A stretch of 64,000 bases of DNA from Candidatus Omnitrophota bacterium (GTDB lineage: Bacteria; Hinthialibacterota; Hinthialibacteria; OLB16): contig JACKFH010000020.1 of the NCBI GenBank assembly GCA_020632575.1, forward strand, positions 2,849-66,848, given 5' to 3'. The translations under genes and the position numbers were made by a program. Shown here piece after piece: positions 58,309 to 64,000 of the stretch (positions are counted from its first letter, which is position 1; each line of letters starts with the position of its first letter). Under the pieces are notes generated by a model. The model made no database searches and was not told where the DNA came from. It was given only the letters and a program-made list of their open reading frames with translations.

Positions 58309-60771
58309 TCAGTGGACGGGGATGGGACCGCTGAAACGGAATCGGTGGACCGGGAGGGGACACTCCGAGTCGACCCCTTTGACGCTTTTCCAGATGATCT
58401 CATTGAGCGCGAACATCGGTGCACGGTCGTATTCGGAAAAGTCCATACGCAGAGATTCCTCCGCTCCCCAGGCGGTTTTGGGATTCTTCTCATCGAGATC
58501 GATATTTGGCTTGAGGTGGGCGTACTCCACCGGGTGGGCCTGGTCGGTGAACGCGGCATACATCGGTGTCGCGGCCGCATCGTACTGGCTCATCGGTTGT
58601 AACCCCAATAGGAGTTCAATGGTGCGAAGGACGGAACAGGTGGTGTAATGGGTGCTGTCCACATACCCGCGTCGAGCATAAGGACTGGCAAGCAATCCCA
58701 CCGTTCGGCGAGCGTCGACATGATCCGGACCGTCCTGGGCGTCATCCTCAATGGTGAAGACCGCCATCTCTGGCCAGTAATGGCTGTGTGAAACGCGGTC
58801 CAGAATCTGGCCCAATGCATAGTCATTGCTGGCGACACAGGCCCGTGTCGTGGGTTTATCCGGTGAGGTCCCATGTGTGTGGTCTTCGGGTAGGGCCAAC
58901 ACAATAAAATTCGGGAGACGTTTTTCCGGGTCTGGGTTGTCGAAATTCTTGTCGTATTCGTCGAACTCACGAATGAATTCGGCGGCGTTTTCCGTATCGC
59001 GCGCGCCCCACGACAAGTAATTGGGAGCGATGTGCCCCTCCAATCGAGCGAAGGCGGCGTTTATGGGTTTCATCGTGCCTTTTTCGCTTTGGCGTTCGGC
59101 AAACTCACCATAGGTCCGATAAGTGAGGCCTTTCATGGCGCATTGGTCCCAGAGATAACCAGAGGGGGGAATCATCGCCTCGGAGCGTGGAGCCAAACTC
59201 TTCCCGCCATAAGCGGCGGGCCAGGATTTCTCCACATAATCGGTGGCGTAAGCGGCGTTGGACCATTGGTGTCCATCGGCGCTGACCTCGGCATCGCAAT
59301 AGAGATTGTCGAATAACACAAACTGTTCGGCGATGGCGTGATGGTTCGGTGTGGTCTCCTTTCCGAAAAGGCACAAGTTGGGATCGCCGTTGCCCTGGGG
59401 AAGATCGCCAAAAACCTGATCGTAGGTGCGATTCTCTTTGATGATGTAGAGCACATGTTTGATGGGTGACCCGGCCCCAACAACACTGGGAACCACGGAG
59501 GGTGTGCCTGAGGTTGGCGCCGCTTGCGCCAATAGTTCGTCGTTGTAAGGACAGTTTGCATAGACCTGTCGTGTCAGTTCAGGAAGCCGGGACCGATACT
59601 CATCGATTTCGAGGGTGTTGACCGCTCCCTCCATCAGAGTCTTGATCGTTTCGGTTTTCTCGTTCTCTTTGGGGTTTGGTCGCCTGGGCCCCTGGGGAGT
59701 GGGATAGGACCCGAGGCCTTTGGAATTTCCAATAAAAAGTTTCTCGCCATCCGGGCTGACAGCCAGGGCGGATGGGTACCAACCTGCCGGAATGAATCCC
59801 AAAACCGTGGTTTCCTCGGGCTCCTCGACGTCCACGACACAGATGTTGTTGTTATCCGCGTTGGCGACATACAAAGTCTCCTCTTCGGGATCGAGACAAA
59901 GCGCATTGGGTGTCGAACCTTCCGGGGCGCGTTCGTAGAGCGAGGTCACGATGGTTCCGATGGCTCTTCCTTTCTCCGTATCAACCAGAGTGACTGCGTT
60001 ATCGTTGGAGCAGCACACATACAGGATCCCTTTACTCGATAAGACCATGTCGGTGGGATTGTCCCCGACTCCGATGGTTGCCGTGGTTTTCAGGGAATTC
60101 GTGTCGATGACACTGACTGTGTCCGCGGCCCAGTTCGAACAGTACAGAGTTTTTCCATCGGAGGTCAGGACAAGGTCGCAGGGATTTCTTTCGACTCCGA
60201 CACGACCCACCGACTCCCCAGTCTTGGTATCGAAAACAACGACCTCGTTGCGCTCGCGGTTGGCGGCGTACAGCAAATCTTTCTGGGGATGGTGCGCGAG
60301 GCCCGACCAGAAGATCTCCGCCTGCGGGAGATCTTGCTTGAGGTGGGCAAGCGGGGTTTCGCTGAGGATTTCATCCCGATACTCGAAAACGTAGATGGGG
60401 GCGCGGCTCTCCTTGCTCCTCTTGTCGTTTCCGCCCGAGACGTAAAGTTTGGAACCATCGGGACTCCAGGCCAATCCGAACCAGGCGGTGGGGACCGGCA
60501 CTTGTTGCCGAACCTCTCCCGAGGCAGCGTCGATGATCACGAGACTGTGTGGGTTGTACCCGCAGGTGAGCGCAACCACTCCCCGTCCATCCGGGGTGGG
60601 AACGAGATTAAGAATCAGGTCGTTGGTTTCGACAGACTTCCCGACCGGTGTGATCCTCCACCCATTCGGCAGTTCATAACCCTCCTTTGTGGGACCCGGC
60701 CACTCCGCGGAAAAGGTCGAAGGGCTGATCACCAAGAGGAGTAATAGGGAAATTGAATGGATGTGTCTCAT
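58309..60771 (-). CDS. Secreted YVTN beta-propeller plus phosphoesterase/alkaline-phosphatase-superfamily protein
   Basis: LPNGWRITPVG; IKHVLYIIKENRTYDQVFGD; SADGHQW; EDDAQDGPDHVDARR. Confidence 0.9.
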   Translation of the reverse strand: MRHIHSISLLLLLVISPSTFSAEWPGPTKEGYELPNGWRITPVGKSVETNDLILNLVPTPDGRGVVALTCGYNPHSLVIIDAASGEVRQQVPVPTAWFGLAWSPDGSKLYVSGGNDKRSKESRAPIYVFEYRDEILSETPLAHLKQDLPQAEIFWSGLAHHPQKDLLYAANRERNEVVVFDTKTGESVGRVGVERNPCDLVLTSDGKTLYCSNWAADTVSVIDTNSLKTTATIGVGDNPTDMVLSSKGILYVCCSNDNAVTLVDTEKGRAIGTIVTSLYERAPEGSTPNALCLDPEEETLYVANADNNNICVVDVEEPEETTVLGFIPAGWYPSALAVSPDGEKLFIGNSKGLGSYPTPQGPRRPNPKENEKTETIKTLMEGAVNTLEIDEYRSRLPELTRQVYANCPYNDELLAQAAPTSGTPSVVPSVVGAGSPIKHVLYIIKENRTYDQVFGDLPQGNGDPNLCLFGKETTPNHHAIAEQFVLFDNLYCDAEVSADGHQWSNAAYATDYVEKSWPAAYGGKSLAPRSEAMIPPSGYLWDQCAMKGLTYRTYGEFAERQSEKGTMKPINAAFARLEGHIAPNYLSWGARDTENAAEFIREFDEYDKNFDNPDPEKRLPNFIVLALPEDHTHGTSPDKPTTRACVASNDYALGQILDRVSHSHYWPEMAVFTIEDDAQDGPDHVDARRTVGLLASPYARRGYVDSTHYTTCSVLRTIELLLGLQPMSQYDAAATPMYAAFTDQAHPVEYAHLKPNIDLDEKNPKTAWGAEESLRMDFSEYDRAPMFALNEIIWKSVKGVDSECPLPVHRFRFSGPIPVH

Positions 60772-60932
60772 TTTCTCATTCCAGTCTTTATTTGAAGGTG
60801 GGACAAACTTGCACCATTATACCACAGCCTGAAATAAGAGCGTTCCCTTTTGCATGTGAATCCGTGTGCCGGGCCAGGATCTCGAGGGTGAATTCCTTAT
60901 GATGCTTGACGCGGCGTAATCCAGTTGCTCGC

Positions 60933-61328
60933 TCAGTCTGTGACTGCAATTAGGAAGACTGCGGTAATTACTCCTGCGACGGCGATTAGCGCTGATAGAA
61001 GAAGGCTCAATAATCCACTCCCGACAGGAAGTTCGTCTTCCTCATTTCCAATAAGAAGTCGGAAACGCGCATATATGAATCCAGCAGCCGCACTGGTTAG
61101 AGATCCAAGGACAACCAAGCCGGTTCCCATCCAAAAAGTGAACGGTTTGGGAAGCCAGCCGGCTACCAATTTCACGTCATTCATCCGCAAAACGAGTCCA
61201 AATCGATCAAGAACGAACCCAATCCCCATGAGAGTCAAACACAACCTGAGCCATGACAACATCGTGCGCTCGGCGGACAAGATGGTGAGTCGTGGGCCCA
61301 GTTTCTCCAGTTCGGAATCGTTTTTCAT
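60933..61328 (-). CDS. DUF202/YidH family membrane protein
   Basis: LSAERTMLSWLR motif, three TMs; AGGAG RBS before ATG 61328. Confidence 0.85.
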   Translation of the reverse strand: MKNDSELEKLGPRLTILSAERTMLSWLRLCLTLMGIGFVLDRFGLVLRMNDVKLVAGWLPKPFTFWMGTGLVVLGSLTSAAAGFIYARFRLLIGNEEDELPVGSGLLSLLLSALIAVAGVITAVFLIAVTD

Positions 61329-61612
61329 TGATTCTTCTCCTTTCAAATATCTGTGACTCTTACTCTTCAAAATATCTGCTCTGGGAGATTTGGATCAAGA
61401 GTGTCTAGTTCTAAGACCAGGCAAGCCAGAAAAAGATTTACACTCGGAACTTGAATTATTGAGGCGCTTTGCGATAGGTAATTTTTGAATTTTCAGGGAT
61501 TCCCCGATACCCAAACGCCCGATGGTTCGTTAATCCTTAGAGGATAACGGTCGCTTAAGAATGAAGGGGTCTGCCCTTCTGGAAGCAACTCTGAAAAGGT
61601 TCGCATCGACCC

Positions 61613-62269
61613 GTGCCTCAAATCTTTCACCAAAGCGCGAATGTCCTCGCAAGATTCCTGATCGTCTCTTTGGTTATCCTTATATTCACAGTAAGCGCGG
61701 TCGCAGTTGCGTACTATCGATCTTCTTATTCCACCAAAGTCGGGGTGACCATCGACCAACCCGTTCCTTTCAGTCACCAACACCATGTTCAAGTCCTTGG
61801 TGTCGATTGCCGTTTTTGTCACAACTCGGTTGAAACCAGCAAAACGGCCAGCCTCCCCGCCACTGAGATATGCATGAAGTGTCACTCCCAGTTGTGGACC
61901 AACGCAAATCTCCTCGCTCCGGTGCGGGAGAGTTTCGAGAACAACGAACCGATTCATTGGAATCGAGTTCACAAACTTCCCGACTTCGTTTTCTTCAATC
62001 ACAGCATCCATGTCTCCAAAGGGATCGGATGTTCGACATGCCATGGAAGGGTGGATCGAATGCCGCTGATGGCCAAGGCCGAATCCCTCCACATGCAGTG
62101 GTGCCTACAGTGTCACCGCAACCCGGAGATTTTTGTCCGCCCGAAGGATCAGGTTTTCGAGATGACCTACCCGCTGGAACCCAACCCTGAGCAAGCGGGA
62201 CAACAACTCGTGGAGACGAATCAAATCCAAACGAGAGGATTGACCGACTGTCAGACATGCCACCGTTAA
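61613..62269 (+). CDS. actA: Alternative complex III pentaheme cytochrome c subunit
   Basis: MPQIFH N-terminus, TM anchor, QPVPFSHQHH, five CxxCH motifs (CRFCH, CMKCH, CSTCH, CLQCH, CQTCH). Confidence 0.92.
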   Translation: MPQIFHQSANVLARFLIVSLVILIFTVSAVAVAYYRSSYSTKVGVTIDQPVPFSHQHHVQVLGVDCRFCHNSVETSKTASLPATEICMKCHSQLWTNANLLAPVRESFENNEPIHWNRVHKLPDFVFFNHSIHVSKGIGCSTCHGRVDRMPLMAKAESLHMQWCLQCHRNPEIFVRPKDQVFEMTYPLEPNPEQAGQQLVETNQIQTRGLTDCQTCHR

Positions 62270-64000
62270 CCGCCCCAAATCCCCCGCCCACCGGGTTTGA
62301 AAACTGTCACAGTGAGGCGATGGGGGAACGCGATCCCTCGCGTCGGAGGTTCCTCCACTGGATGTCCTCCTCCCTCGCGCTGACCGGATTGGTCGGTTGT
62401 GGGAGCCAGCCGGAAAATCTGCTGCCCTATGTCCATCAACCCGAGGAGATTGTTCCGGGCAAGCCGCTTTATTACGCCACGACGCTCCCATTCGCAGGAT
62501 TCGCCCAAGGAGTTCTGGCGGAATGCCACATGGGGAGGCCGACCAAGATCGAAGGGAATCCCCTTCACCCCGCGAGCACCCAGCGGGTCGAGGAGTTTGA
62601 GGCCCCACAGAGATGGGGGGCGACCACTGTCCATTCTCAGTCCGCGGTGCTCGACCTCTACGACCCCGACCGTTCCAAGAGTATTCAACACCGCGGAAGG
62701 GTTGGAACGTGGGAGCCTTTTCTGGATTGGGTCCAAACAAAGATCGACGCCTACGACGGGAACGGGGGGAAAGGTTTTCGCATCCTGACGAGAACGTTCA
62801 CCTCGCCAAGTTTGACTTCTAAATTTCAAGAGTTATTGAATCGTTATCCCCAAGCAAAGTGGATTCTTTACGATCCGATCGGGGACGATTCGATTCGTCA
62901 GGGCGCCCAACTCGCCTTCGGCGAACGGGTCGACACGATTCATCATTTCGACCGGGCCGAGGTGGTGGTCGCTCTCGATTCCGATTTTCTCACCACCGGT
63001 CCGGCCTCGGTCCATGACGCGCACGCTTTCATGACCCGACGCCGCGAGGGAGTGGAAAGTGGCGCCATGAATCGACTCTATTCCATCGAGACCAGTTCCA
63101 CGCCAACGGGCGTGGTGGCCGATCATCGACTCCCTTTAAAACCTTCTCAATTCGAAACCTTTGTTTGGGCATTGGCTCAGCGTGTGGGCGTGAACATCGA
63201 ACCGGTCGACGAATCCGGTTTGGACCAAGAATTTTTGGATCGCTTGGTAAACGACCTCAAGGATCATCGGGGAAGTTCCCTCTTCATTGCTGGTTCCTGG
63301 ACCTCGGCGAGAACGCATGCGCTCGTTCACGCGATGAACCAGGTTCTCGGCAATGTGGGCAAGACGGTCGTCTATACCGAACCGGTTGTTCCTTTCGAGG
63401 AAGATCCCTCGCAGTCTCTCGCCGAACTTGTCCAAGAGATGAACGATGGCGAGGTCGAGACCCTCCTGGTTTTCGATGGCAATCCCAATTACGACACACC
63501 AGCCGATCTGAAATTCGCGGAGGCCTACGAAAAAGTCCCCGAGAGGATCCACTACGGTCTCTACCACAACGAGACCGCCCTCCGTTCGCATTGGCACATC
63601 CCGGCCGCGCACCCGCTGGAGTCCTGGGGGGACGCGCGAGCTTATGATGGAACGGCGAGTCTTTCGCAACCGACCATCGCGCCACTCTATGGCGGCCGGA
63701 CTCCGCAAGAGGTGTTGGCCGCCTTTCTGAAACGCCCCGCGCATACTCCGCTTCAACTCGTCCAGGATTATTGGCGAACTCGTCTTGGAGAGGAGTCGGA
63801 TTTCACGATCCAATGGAACCGGGCTCTGCGCGACGGAGTCATCCCCGACACTCGATCTCCCTCGAAAGAGGTTTCGCTCCGATCTCTCGATCTGGAGCCA
63901 CCAAAGCCAAATAAAGATGATTCGCTCGAAGTGGTGTTCCGCCCCGATCCCTCGGTTTGGGACGGAAGCCTCTGCAACAACGGTTGGCTTCAGGAACTCC
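62257..64000 (+). CDS. actB: Alternative complex III ActB (molybdopterin-oxidoreductase-like, Tat variant); runs off the right edge
   Basis: Translated by hand: SRRRFL, PYVHQPEEIVPGKPLYYAT, GRPTKIEGNPLHPAS, VLDLYDPDRS, ESWGDARAYDG, NNGWLQEL. ATG at 62257 overlaps the actA end; alternative ATG at 62320. Confidence 0.9.
   Translation, partial: MPPLTAPNPPPTGFENCHSEAMGERDPSRRRFLHWMSSSLALTGLVGCGSQPENLLPYVHQPEEIVPGKPLYYATTLPFAGFAQGVLAECHMGRPTKIEGNPLHPASTQRVEEFEAPQRWGATTVHSQSAVLDLYDPDRSKSIQHRGRVGTWEPFLDWVQTKIDAYDGNGGKGFRILTRTFTSPSLTSKFQELLNRYPQAKWILYDPIGDDSIRQGAQLAFGERVDTIHHFDRAEVVVALDSDFLTTGPASVHDAHAFMTRRREGVESGAMNRLYSIETSSTPTGVVADHRLPLKPSQFETFVWALAQRVGVNIEPVDESGLDQEFLDRLVNDLKDHRGSSLFIAGSWTSARTHALVHAMNQVLGNVGKTVVYTEPVVPFEEDPSQSLAELVQEMNDGEVETLLVFDGNPNYDTPADLKFAEAYEKVPERIHYGLYHNETALRSHWHIPAAHPLESWGDARAYDGTASLSQPTIAPLYGGRTPQEVLAAFLKRPAHTPLQLVQDYWRTRLGEESDFTIQWNRALRDGVIPDTRSPSKEVSLRSLDLEPPKPNKDDSLEVVFRPDPSVWDGSLCNNGWLQEL

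Noticed and set aside
62257-64000. ActA/ActB as a novel respiratory system
   Set aside because: This is canonical alternative complex III order and motif content; only a short insertion after HPAS was noted.

Overview
Bacterial genomic window with no rRNA, full-length tRNA or CRISPR array detected. The pseudopilin type and C-terminal tails resemble Sumerlaeota/OLB16-like candidate phyla (impression, not verified). Most genes are on the minus strand and fall into six blocks. (1) 1-7.7 kb: a tightly coupled operon of 7TM-transglutaminase, ATP-grasp ligase, long TPR protein and two beta-sandwich-repeat surface proteins. (2) 8-19.2 kb: an arsenic island with arsC, acr3, arsR-arsP-DGC-arsE/F/G-like genes, a Cys-rich MacB-type ABC system with a second arsR, an arsM fragment and two TA modules. 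(3) 19.3-37.2 kb: a LacI-controlled glycan locus with GH38, sulfatase, SSS transporter, CotH/LTD protein, GH71/99-like enzyme, three paralogous secreted proteins and a divergent pseudopilin, marked by six operator-like sites. (4) 37.3-43.3 kb: decayed mobile-element scars (two integrase remnants, tRNA-3'-end att-like site, MITE) with Tat-exported cargo. (5) 43.7-58.1 kb: a GH42/GH14-like enzyme, a beta-propeller/di-heme protein and three HzsA-like paralogs, two of them frameshifted. (6) 58.3-64 kb: phosphoesterase, DUF202 and the start of alternative complex III. Top novelty candidates: a shared C-terminal [SA]V-x-[NDE]-W-x-L-Y tail on five secreted proteins, a hydrazine-synthase-like gene set in a glycan-degrader context, a sugar-regulated pseudopilin, and an operator linking an uncharacterised ABC exporter to arsC-acr3.
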